Shown piece by piece: positions 27,692-35,300 of a stretch of DNA of 64,000 bases. The stretch's first letter is position 1, and every line of letters starts with the position of its first letter. The position numbers and the translations under genes are program-made. This DNA comes from a virus (Duplodnaviria; Caudoviricetes): the IMG/VR virus record IMGVR_UViG_3300044842_000325, positions 64,847 to 128,846 of that record. One strand, written 5' to 3'. The notes under the pieces were generated by a model. The model saw nothing but the letters and a program-made list of their open reading frames with translations. It did not search any database and was not told the origin of the DNA.

Positions 27692-28063
27692 TTAATTGGG
27701 TTCGGCGACGATCTCGGCAGCCCTTTGGGTGTTGATCGCTTTGATCACGTCGTAGACCACATAACCCACGGCGCCGATCGCGACCACGTTAGCCACCAAA
27801 GGCGGCAACAGCAGGCCGAACAACAGAGTCAATCCTGCGATCGACAAAATGATGCCGGCGGTAATATAGATCATCGCCCCCAACATCAGCAGACCGCCCA
27901 GGATCACACGGCCGACCATCTTCCAGGTCCAGTCAGTATCGGCATCCTGATACACGAAAATGTTGAGCGGTTCCATGTATACGGTAGCCATGTCGAGGGC
28001 TTTTGTGATCGGTGTAGCAATCCAACCGACGACGCGGTTGAACCATTTCTTGATGAAGTTCAT
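27692..28063 (-). CDS. Small membrane protein (operon member)
   Basis: MNFIKKWF N-terminus, ~50-residue hydrophobic stretch. Confidence 0.75.
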   Translation of the reverse strand: MNFIKKWFNRVVGWIATPITKALDMATVYMEPLNIFVYQDADTDWTWKMVGRVILGGLLMLGAMIYITAGIILSIAGLTLLFGLLLPPLVANVVAIGAVGYVVYDVIKAINTQRAAEIVAEPN

Positions 28064-28107
28064 GGAAATATCCTTGAAGGGGAGGGAGCGTACGCTCCCT
28101 GTAATGA

Positions 28108-28530
28108 TTAAGCAGCAGCGGCAGCGGTGAAAGCAACGTCTTCGACTTCGACGACGGCGGCCACGTTCGAACGGAATGCGTCGACCAGACGAGCGGTGAT
28201 TTCAGCACGAGCAATAGCTGCACCGAAATCTTCACCGAACATGTAAGCGACCGGGATAGCCAGCAGACCCAGGATCGGGCCCAGCAGGAACGAGGCCACG
28301 ACGCCGATGGTGTAACCGATCGCGAAAGCGACGAAGAAGCCCGAGACAAATGCGCCAGCTTTGCACACGGCGCCATAGAGCGTCTTGGCGAAGTCGTCCT
28401 TGGCACGGCCTTCCGCCAGCAGGCGATCGCCGTAGACGTTCAGCTGAGCGATCTTGCGAGCGACGTAATCGCGAGCGAAGCAATAGCCATGTTTGATGTT
28501 GTTCCAGAGATTGTCGAAGAATTTGTTCAT
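28108..28530 (-). CDS. Small membrane protein (operon member)
   Basis: MNKFFDNLW N-terminus, Gly/Ala-rich hydrophobic hairpin. Confidence 0.75.
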   Translation of the reverse strand: MNKFFDNLWNNIKHGYCFARDYVARKIAQLNVYGDRLLAEGRAKDDFAKTLYGAVCKAGAFVSGFFVAFAIGYTIGVVASFLLGPILGLLAIPVAYMFGEDFGAAIARAEITARLVDAFRSNVAAVVEVEDVAFTAAAAA

Positions 28531-28570
28531 GATAGTTTCCTTGTTGTTGATTATGAATCAGAAAGAGGGA

Positions 28571-28987
28571 TTAAGCGAACACCGGGCCAGCCATACGGCC
28601 GAACATTTGTTCCAGTTCACGGTGAGCACGTTCGAAACGATATTGCGTGTTAACGATGTGGATACCGAAAGCGCTACCGACTGCAACACTCACGAGGTAG
28701 CCGATGACCGGACCTGCCAGCACCGTTACGATAAATGCCACCGCGACCGTGACCAGCATGGCTGGCAGCAGCACGCAGAAGAAGAAACCACCGCAGTACG
28801 ACATGAAACCCCACACGCGGTACAGGAACGTCTGGAAGGACGACGGGGCGCCAGCATCACCAGCACGACGAGCATGGTCACCCATGTTGGCCTTGGTGGC
28901 GTACTTGATGGCGTAGGAGGTGACGCGAGCAGCAGTCATTGCCAGCGTATCAACGATACGGTGGTACAGCTTTTTGATGAATTCCAT
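28571..28987 (-). CDS. Small membrane protein (operon member)
   Basis: MEFIKKLY N-terminus, hydrophobic hairpin. Confidence 0.75.
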   Translation of the reverse strand: MEFIKKLYHRIVDTLAMTAARVTSYAIKYATKANMGDHARRAGDAGAPSSFQTFLYRVWGFMSYCGGFFFCVLLPAMLVTVAVAFIVTVLAGPVIGYLVSVAVGSAFGIHIVNTQYRFERAHRELEQMFGRMAGPVFA

Positions 28988-29035
28988 GATTGATCCTTGT
29001 TGTTGGTTATGGATTGGACTACAGGGTGTTGAGGA

Positions 29036-29404
29036 TTAAGCAGCCTTGCGCTTAGCGCGGTTGTGTTTCGGAGCTTTGTAGGTCTTGTTGTTCATGGCGC
29101 GCTCGATGCGAACCAGAGCAGCTTCGTCTTGTTCACGGGCAGCTTGGAAAGCTTCCGACAGATCGTAATTACGGAAACGAGCCAGACCCATGATGCTGTT
29201 GAACAGCGCTTGGATACGCTGCTCTTTGGCGGCGTTGTCTTCAGCAGCAACTTCAGCAGCGACATTGGTTTCGACAGCGACTTCAGCGGCCGGAGCCACT
29301 TGAGCGACCGGAGCCGGAGCTTCGATCTTGGCTTCAGCTTTGCTGCTGAACAGGTTGGAGAAGAACGACTTGACTTTGTTCCACAGGGTTTTGATGAAGT
29401 TCAT
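29036..29404 (-). CDS. Ala-rich protein with an N-terminal amphipathic helix and no TM segment; first gene of the operon
   Basis: MNFIKTLWNKVKSFFSNLF; GCT/GAA-rich codons typical of highly expressed genes. Confidence 0.75.
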   Translation of the reverse strand: MNFIKTLWNKVKSFFSNLFSSKAEAKIEAPAPVAQVAPAAEVAVETNVAAEVAAEDNAAKEQRIQALFNSIMGLARFRNYDLSEAFQAAREQDEAALVRIERAMNNKTYKAPKHNRAKRKAA

Positions 29405-29471
29405 GATGAGATCCTTTTGAAATTGTTGGTTATCAAGGGTGGAAAGAGGGTATTCCTTTTCCTATTCACCA

Positions 29472-29503
29472 CTGTTATATGGTTTTGAAAAATTCTAGCG
29501 CCA
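29472..29503 (-). promoter_or_regulatory. Putative early promoter of the membrane-protein operon
   Basis: TGGCGCTAGAATTTTTC-AAAAC-CATATAACAG: variant core, same spacing as the other copies. Confidence 0.65.
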
Positions 29504-29516
29504 TATCTAAACATTC

Positions 29517-29546
29517 CTCAGGTATGGGCAAATACCCATACCTGAG
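29517..29546 (-). terminator. 12-bp hairpin
   Basis: CTCAGGTATGGG-caaata-CCCATACCTGAG directly after a gene stop. Confidence 0.6.
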
Positions 29547-29552
29547 AATCTG

Positions 29553-29876
29553 TTACAGCCTGATGCCGAAGTACATATAGAACTTAACGATCAGCGTATG
29601 TTGCTTATAGCCAGCTTGCGGATCGTAACCGATGTATTCGAACCGGCGATGAGAAGTGTGCGTGTCAACCGTACCATCGTCCCATTTGTCGATCAGCGAC
29701 ATTCCGCCAAACATTGTTTTGCCGTCCAGATGGAACAACATTTCTTTGGTGGCTTCCGTAGGGCGAAATAGCACCACTTTGAAAATCCGTTCGTCACTAC
29801 CAACGTCCTGCTCTTCGAATGTGATGATCGATTCTGCTTCCAGACGAATTGGCTCGTCGATCGTAGTTTGTTTCAT
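29553..29876 (-). CDS. Hypothetical protein
   Basis: ATG 29876 after AAGGA; 107 aa (the ORF-track extension overlaps the next gene). Confidence 0.6.
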   Translation of the reverse strand: MKQTTIDEPIRLEAESIITFEEQDVGSDERIFKVVLFRPTEATKEMLFHLDGKTMFGGMSLIDKWDDGTVDTHTSHRRFEYIGYDPQAGYKQHTLIVKFYMYFGIRL

Positions 29877-29889
29877 GCGTTGTCCTTGT

Positions 29890-30450
29890 TCAGTAAAGGT
29901 AAGGTAAGCTGATGTGAGTTTTCTTACCTTGGCATTTGTTCCAGGTGTCGAGTGTACCGCCATCAGCCGGGACATCGCCTTCACCAAACGTATACGCCAG
30001 CATTTCTTCCATCTGCGCGACTTTGGAGTTACGGGCGAACATGCCGCCAGCGCTGGGTGAACTGGGCTCTTCTTCGATGCGGATCGGGCTATTCTCCACT
30101 TCCCAGTATTGCCGCACCACTTCTCCAATCTGCCCCAGCGTATCACGTTCAATGATGCGACCGAAATTGCGGTGGTAGTAATTGGCGATGCCGCCAGCGC
30201 TCTTCCACCCGTCTTCCACAAATTGACCGTTCTTGAAAGGTGCTGGAAGATAGAGCGAAATCTCACCCGCATGACCGAACAGGAACATCGATACAGCGAG
30301 ATGGTCCGCCCACGCTGCGCCACCTGAGACCACGTGTGCTCCTCGGGGAACCCGACTGTAAGCATCCCGCAACATCCACCGCCATAATGCCACCGACATG
30401 GGTTTGCTTTTGTCACGTCCCGCTGTACCGATAATCGCGATTCGTGTCAT
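29890..30450 (-). CDS. SLOG superfamily (SMF/DprA/LOG, YspA-like) nucleotide-binding protein
   Basis: Motifs IAIIGTAGR, VVSGGAAWAD, ARN and GGTLDT. Confidence 0.75.
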   Translation of the reverse strand: MTRIAIIGTAGRDKSKPMSVALWRWMLRDAYSRVPRGAHVVSGGAAWADHLAVSMFLFGHAGEISLYLPAPFKNGQFVEDGWKSAGGIANYYHRNFGRIIERDTLGQIGEVVRQYWEVENSPIRIEEEPSSPSAGGMFARNSKVAQMEEMLAYTFGEGDVPADGGTLDTWNKCQGKKTHISLPYLY

Positions 30451-30666
30451 TTATTTCACCTTGACTTTGCTGAAGTTGTAATGTTCATCACACGACATAT
30501 TGCCGTTGTTCCAGTGCACAAGTAGCCAGTTATCGTCGTGTTGAATCTTTTTGTCGATCTTCTTAGAAATTTTTCCCGGAGTTCCTTTGGTTGATATTAA
30601 CTCCATCCCAACACGAATCTCATCGTAAGGGACGTCAGAGAGATTCTTACCGGAATGATCATTCAT
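30451..30666 (-). CDS. Small beta-rich protein, paralog 3 of a triplet
   Basis: MNDHSGKNLSDVPYDEIRVGM. Confidence 0.75.
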   Translation of the reverse strand: MNDHSGKNLSDVPYDEIRVGMELISTKGTPGKISKKIDKKIQHDDNWLLVHWNNGNMSCDEHYNFSKVKVK

Positions 30667-30878
30667 TATTTTATCCTTACATGTTTGAATGTTTTTTGTA
30701 GATCGAGTTCGATGGTGTGATTGTCGTAAACAATCTTTAACGCTTCGAGTTTATGACCATGCACCTTTTCGAATAGATCCGTGATTCTCCCATTACCCCG
30801 GTAAGAAACTACGGCCATTCCCACGAAGAGATCTGCGAAAGGAACATCGGAAAGCTTCTTACCAGAGTGCTGGTTCAT
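30666..30878 (-). CDS. Small beta-rich protein, paralog 2 of a triplet
   Basis: MNQHSGKKLSDVPFADLFVGM. Confidence 0.75.
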   Translation of the reverse strand: MNQHSGKKLSDVPFADLFVGMAVVSYRGNGRITDLFEKVHGHKLEALKIVYDNHTIELDLQKTFKHVRIK

Positions 30879-30880
30879 GG

Positions 30881-31099
30881 TTATTTGATCTTTACATGCT
30901 CGAAGATGGATTGTTGACCACTTTCGGTAACTTTGTTTTGGTACACGATTTTCACGCCGTTGATCTTTTTACCGCGTGACTCGGTTACCAGGTCAGCAAT
31001 AACACCATCGTTATTAGAACGGAAGTCTACAACCTCCATTCCTACGGCGAGATCAATAAAAGGTACTTCACTGAGTTTTTTACCAGAGTGTTGATTCAT
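30881..31099 (-). CDS. Small beta-rich protein, paralog 1 of a triplet
   Basis: MNQHSGKKLSEVPFIDLAVGM. Confidence 0.75.
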   Translation of the reverse strand: MNQHSGKKLSEVPFIDLAVGMEVVDFRSNNDGVIADLVTESRGKKINGVKIVYQNKVTESGQQSIFEHVKIK

Positions 31100-31101
31100 G
31101 A

Positions 31102-31908
31102 TTAACCTTTCTTATCAATGGCGCGCTGAGAATAAGCGCAGCCGTTGAGAAATTCACGCAGATTGATAGCGTTGTCGTCGCTTCTGTTGTTGGTAAACCA
31201 GACTGGTTTGTGACCGAACCACTCCGAGTCCGAGAAAGCATAGGACTCTTCGTTGAACTTGATGGCTTCTTCGGAGAGTTGGACATTTTCGAAGATGACC
31301 CAGCCGTCCTTGGCGTCGCCGATCATGTCGATCACGGGCTGGACGAATTCCTGTTGCCGCTTGACTTGAGCCAGCATCCTTTCCAGATCCGCTTGTGGTG
31401 TCTTCTCACCGCAATCCATGATGAAACCGCCATTCTCTTTGGCCTTGGCGATGTCGCGTTCCAGACTAGCGATGTAGTCGAACCCGTCACGGATAGTGTC
31501 TTGCACTTCCGACAGGTTGTAATCGAAATAGGGCTGTTCGAAACGTGGGGTAGCTTGATATTCCTCGTACGCTTTGAGGAAGTCTGCCGAGTTCAAGGCA
31601 GGTTTGCTCGCAGTATGCGGGAATCCGCGCAGCGACTGGAGTCGTTCACGGATCGTGTTGTTGATTTCGTCAAAGCGTTCTTGACTCAGGTCGAAGCGGA
31701 TTTTGTCAACTTCACTGAGTGGCGCCATTAACAGATCTGCCGCCATCCATTCGTTGTTGTGCTTGACGCGCCGGTCAGCGCAGGTGAGCGGTGGCGGGTC
31801 CATGTGGATGCCAGACAAATCGCTTTGTTGCAAAGGACGGACCCCGTACCACAGGCCGCCTTCAAATTTAACGATTGCGCAGTGACGTTCATCAAGTTCG
31901 TAGATCAT
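31102..31908 (-). CDS. Hypothetical early protein
   Basis: 268 aa, AAGGA RBS with the shared leader, downstream of an early promoter. Confidence 0.7.
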   Translation of the reverse strand: MIYELDERHCAIVKFEGGLWYGVRPLQQSDLSGIHMDPPPLTCADRRVKHNNEWMAADLLMAPLSEVDKIRFDLSQERFDEINNTIRERLQSLRGFPHTASKPALNSADFLKAYEEYQATPRFEQPYFDYNLSEVQDTIRDGFDYIASLERDIAKAKENGGFIMDCGEKTPQADLERMLAQVKRQQEFVQPVIDMIGDAKDGWVIFENVQLSEEAIKFNEESYAFSDSEWFGHKPVWFTNNRSDDNAINLREFLNGCAYSQRAIDKKG

Positions 31909-31973
31909 GGTGATATCCTTAAGTTAGTTGTTGGTTGTAAAGAGTTTCATGGCGAGCCCAATTGACTCTGTCT

Positions 31974-32000
31974 AGGTGATATAGACGTTCAATTTTCTAT
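31974..32000 (-). promoter_or_regulatory. Putative early promoter TATATCACCT
   Basis: ATAGAAAATT-GAACGTC-TATATCAC, same spacing as the other copies. Confidence 0.7.
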
Positions 32001-32017
32001 TACCCGATTTATTACGA

Positions 32018-32043
32018 CAGCATAAATCCCACCCGAAGGTGGG
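32018..32043 (-). terminator. Hairpin + TTTATGCTG
   Basis: CCCACC-TTCG-GGTGGG on the minus strand, then ATTTATGCTG. Confidence 0.55.
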
Positions 32044-32049
32044 GTGTGG

Positions 32050-32310
32050 TTAAGAGGTCAATGTCGAACTAAGCGCAGCGACTTGCTGCGCGGTATCGAT
32101 AGCTTTGCAGATACATTTGATCAGGCTATCGGGTTGGTGTCTAGCGACTGCCTGTGTATGTAACTCATGCAGTTGCGCCAACGTGAACTCGGTGGTGTTA
32201 ATGGGAACGAATTTCCGAACATTGAGTCCACGGTGCTGTTCTTCTCGCACTACCGCCCAGACCGGTTCCCTGTTTACACCTATTGCAAGATCAAATCTGA
32301 CGTCTTCCAT
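32050..32310 (-). CDS. Hypothetical protein
   Basis: 86 aa, GAGG RBS. Confidence 0.6.
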   Translation of the reverse strand: MEDVRFDLAIGVNREPVWAVVREEQHRGLNVRKFVPINTTEFTLAQLHELHTQAVARHQPDSLIKCICKAIDTAQQVAALSSTLTS

Positions 32311-32334
32311 GTGGCCTCTTATGACGAATTGAAA

Positions 32335-32700
32335 AGGGGGTTTTCCCCCAACGTTTTTCGCTATCTATTTAGAGGCTCGCTTCGCTCCCCTAGGAGGAAG
32401 GCCCCCTTTCCCCCAAAGCATATATCTCTTATCCTAACTTCGCTTCGCTCGTTACTATGCCGCTCGCTCTGCTCGCTAGTTCGCATAAAGATATAAATGT
32501 CCTGTATATTTTTTTATTTCAAAGAATTGAGGGGAACGCGCCTTAGGAGGCGCTTCTCTCTTTTTTTAAAAAATTCCGAGGGAAAGACAAAGCAAACCTG
32601 ACAATAGAAATGGTCTATGTCAAAACGAGCGAAGCGTAGAAGAAAATCAAAGAAGAATGTGCTTAAAGGGCGGCGTTGTCATTTTGTTAACATTAAGCAA
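32335..32700. repeat. AT-rich divergent intergenic region with CGCTTCGCTC repeats
   Basis: TCGCTTCGCTC at 32377 and 32440, degenerate copies at 32461-32477, an inverted copy at 32627-32636, and T/A tracts. Confidence 0.6.
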
Positions 32701-32802
32701 CAAACATGTCCCGATAGTGTGACTAACCATCATGTGATGGCACTGACGCTCAAACTGCGTGTGGCCTATCTCAAACTTTTGCCCATGTAAAGGAACTCAC
32801 AA

Positions 32803-33489
32803 ATGTCTCTGCGCAATCTGCTCGGCGCCCGTCGTCGTCACCAACTCGCTTTCGAAGACTACGATGCCAACGCAACCACGCCGGCCACCGAAGACACGCT
32901 GGTCGTGATGAAAGGCCCGCTGGCCGACGTCTACTCGGAAGCCCTCGCCAAAGTCTACGACAAGGACCAGCCGATCGAAGACCCGAAAGAAGGCGACCCG
33001 GCCGCTCAACCGAAACCCGAAGGCGAGACCGGCTTCACGGTCGACACCACCAACCTGCAACCGGCTGAAGGCCAGACCCAGGAAACCGTGGAAGCTGCCA
33101 TCGTATCCGAAGTCGGCAACATCGTGCTGGAATCGCAAGCCATCGATGCCGCCGTCGCCGCTTCCCTGGCCAACGCCATCGCTGACGATGTGCCGGCCGA
33201 CAACGACGGCTTCGAGACGCTGTACGCGATCGACGAAACCCAAGTCACCCCGGCCGAGACCAAGAACGTGACCGAACTGCTGGCCGAAGCCGACAAGCCG
33301 GAAAACGTCACGGTCCTGATCGACGACGTCGTCCCGGACGCCGTGCTCGACCCGACGGCCCCGACCGTCACCGACACCAAGGACCTGACCGCGGCCCTGG
33401 AATCGATGGTCATCGCCATGGGCGGTAACGTCGTGCACAGCTTCGGCGACTACATCAAGCAGCGCGCTGCTCGCCGAGCAGCGAAGTAA
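32803..33489 (+). CDS. Acidic head-associated protein with protease-processing motifs
   Basis: 228 aa, very acidic, LAFE and ALES motifs, AAGGA RBS. Confidence 0.6.
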   Translation: MSLRNLLGARRRHQLAFEDYDANATTPATEDTLVVMKGPLADVYSEALAKVYDKDQPIEDPKEGDPAAQPKPEGETGFTVDTTNLQPAEGQTQETVEAAIVSEVGNIVLESQAIDAAVAASLANAIADDVPADNDGFETLYAIDETQVTPAETKNVTELLAEADKPENVTVLIDDVVPDAVLDPTAPTVTDTKDLTAALESMVIAMGGNVVHSFGDYIKQRAARRAAK

Positions 33490-33505
33490 TCCCTACTTCC
33501 TGTCC

Positions 33506-33540
33506 GCCTCGCTGGGTTCGCCCAGCGGGGTTTTATGCCG
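33506..33540 (+). terminator. UUCG hairpin + TTTTATGCCG
   Basis: CCTCGCTGGG-TTCG-CCCAGCGGGG-TTTTATGCCG. Confidence 0.7.
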
Positions 33541-33596
33541 TTTGTATGGACACACAAGCTCTCATCTTGTGTAAACCCTTGTCCAAAGGAATTCCC

Positions 33597-34823
33597 ATGT
33601 CCTTACTAATCCGGAATGTATTCGAGCAACAATGCCCCGACGTTGTTGCCGATGCGGTCCTCGCCAAAAAGATTATCTCGTACGCGCTTGCATGGGCCAG
33701 CAAAAACGATGAGCACGTCAAGTTCTTCGGTGGCCACCTGACGGGCGTACAAATCGTTCGCTTCACCGATGCCGACCGTCTCGTCTGGTTCGATGAGATC
33801 CTGCACGCCGACGAGCATACGCTGCAAGAAGCGTTGTATAAACTCCCCACGGTTCACCGCGACCACCAAGTGGCTTCGGACGCCATGAACTTGTCGTGTG
33901 TGTGGCTGACACACTTGCTCATCAACGCGCATATCCCGCCGCAACTGCAACGGGACGCCATGATCTCGGTGATGCTCGTGATGCAGTATAAGTTCCTCAC
34001 CAGTCGCCTGTATCGTCACTTCGTGTACCCGGCCGATAAAGCCGTGGCGGAAGCGACGTATGCTTCGTTGTCGATGAAGTTCGACTTGAAACAAGAAGGT
34101 AGCTGGGGGGCCTATCTGCGTAAACGCGCTGAAGATATTCTTGACGAACACACGCCACGTTTTCAGCATTTCAAGAAAATGCAAGACGATCGCGAGATCG
34201 AGAAGATCGTCAACGATATCCAAACCCGTTTACGTAAGAGCTTACGCTTGATCGCCGGTATCCATTACCAGATCGCGGCTTCGGGTAAGCGCATCATCGC
34301 GGTCTCCCAGACGGTGGAACACGACGGTAAAGAAATCCTCAAAGACAAAACCAAGTCCTTGGCCAACTACACGCGTTATATCCAGTCTGTCATTCCCGAC
34401 AAGACCAGCTTCATGCGGGAAGAACTCTTGACCATCGTGGAAGGAATGGTGCAAACCATGCCTCCTCATCTGTTCCGGGGCTCGCTGGAATGGCTGTCGG
34501 ATAACTTCCAAGGTCCCCACGCGCATCGCTTGCAGAATCTCACCAAAGAAATCATGGTGCACTGCTTCGATTACCTGATGCACAATACCGATTCGCTCCA
34601 GAACCCGCACGATCTGCCGGGACTGTTGGCGCGCTTGCGGGGTGTGTATACTGCAGCACGCTCAACCGACCCCGTGCTGATGGAAATCCGACGCCTTACG
34701 GAAAACATGGTCAAAGAAGCCACTGGAACCCGGAACGTGAGTTTGCTACCGCCGATTCGCACTGGTGTATTGTTGTATATCGTTCTGCGCAGTTTGGCAA
34801 AACGTCATTACGCCGGAGCTTAA
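33597..34823 (+). CDS. Conserved phiKZ-like protein (helical, ~408 aa)
   Basis: ATG 33597 after AAAGGA. Motifs FFGGHLTGV and RTGVLLYIVLR. Near the terminase. Confidence 0.7.
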   Translation: MSLLIRNVFEQQCPDVVADAVLAKKIISYALAWASKNDEHVKFFGGHLTGVQIVRFTDADRLVWFDEILHADEHTLQEALYKLPTVHRDHQVASDAMNLSCVWLTHLLINAHIPPQLQRDAMISVMLVMQYKFLTSRLYRHFVYPADKAVAEATYASLSMKFDLKQEGSWGAYLRKRAEDILDEHTPRFQHFKKMQDDREIEKIVNDIQTRLRKSLRLIAGIHYQIAASGKRIIAVSQTVEHDGKEILKDKTKSLANYTRYIQSVIPDKTSFMREELLTIVEGMVQTMPPHLFRGSLEWLSDNFQGPHAHRLQNLTKEIMVHCFDYLMHNTDSLQNPHDLPGLLARLRGVYTAARSTDPVLMEIRRLTENMVKEATGTRNVSLLPPIRTGVLLYIVLRSLAKRHYAGA

Positions 34824-34849
34824 CGCGCCATGGGGTGGGGAGAAGCGAT

Positions 34850-35263
34850 ATGAGAAGCGCTTGGGGATTCTTCGTCAGCGTCGTGCTTCTACTCTTTGAG
34901 CGCGTACGGGGTCCAAGGTACATCAACGAGATCAAACAGCCCGATCAAGCATTGGGGTGTCTGAAGGGATTTTCCGTGCGAGGATACGAGATCGCGATTT
35001 ACTGCCATCGTAAATCGTATCGTGTTCATTACAAACACTGGTATGTGCCTGACCGCAGCTTTTTCACTTACAACGTGTTTTCGGTCATCAGTAACGACGC
35101 ACCGATCGCGCTACGTAAAGCGTGTGAACTGGATGTGGAACTGCCGGCCTTGATTCCTCGGAATAACTTCGATGAAGAGATCCGGCGTCGTCAAGTGCTG
35201 GCTTATCTCGATTTGTTGGAACAGCGTCTGTTGGATTTCGATCCTGTACCTGCGTGGACATAA
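34850..35263 (+). CDS. Hypothetical protein with a hydrophobic N-terminus
   Basis: GGAG RBS; 137 aa. Confidence 0.55.
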   Translation: MRSAWGFFVSVVLLLFERVRGPRYINEIKQPDQALGCLKGFSVRGYEIAIYCHRKSYRVHYKHWYVPDRSFFTYNVFSVISNDAPIALRKACELDVELPALIPRNNFDEEIRRRQVLAYLDLLEQRLLDFDPVPAWT

Positions 35264-35300
35264 CTCCCTCTACCCCACCGGGTAGAGGGAGCGTATGCCG
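35264..35300. terminator. 12-bp hairpin + TATGCCG between convergent genes
   Basis: CTCCCTCTACCC-CACC-GGGTAGAGGGAG-CG-TATGCCG. Confidence 0.7.

Noticed and set aside
32377-32636. Possible CRISPR-like mini-array
   Set aside because: Repeats are only 10-11 nt, irregularly spaced and partly inverted, and there are no cas genes.
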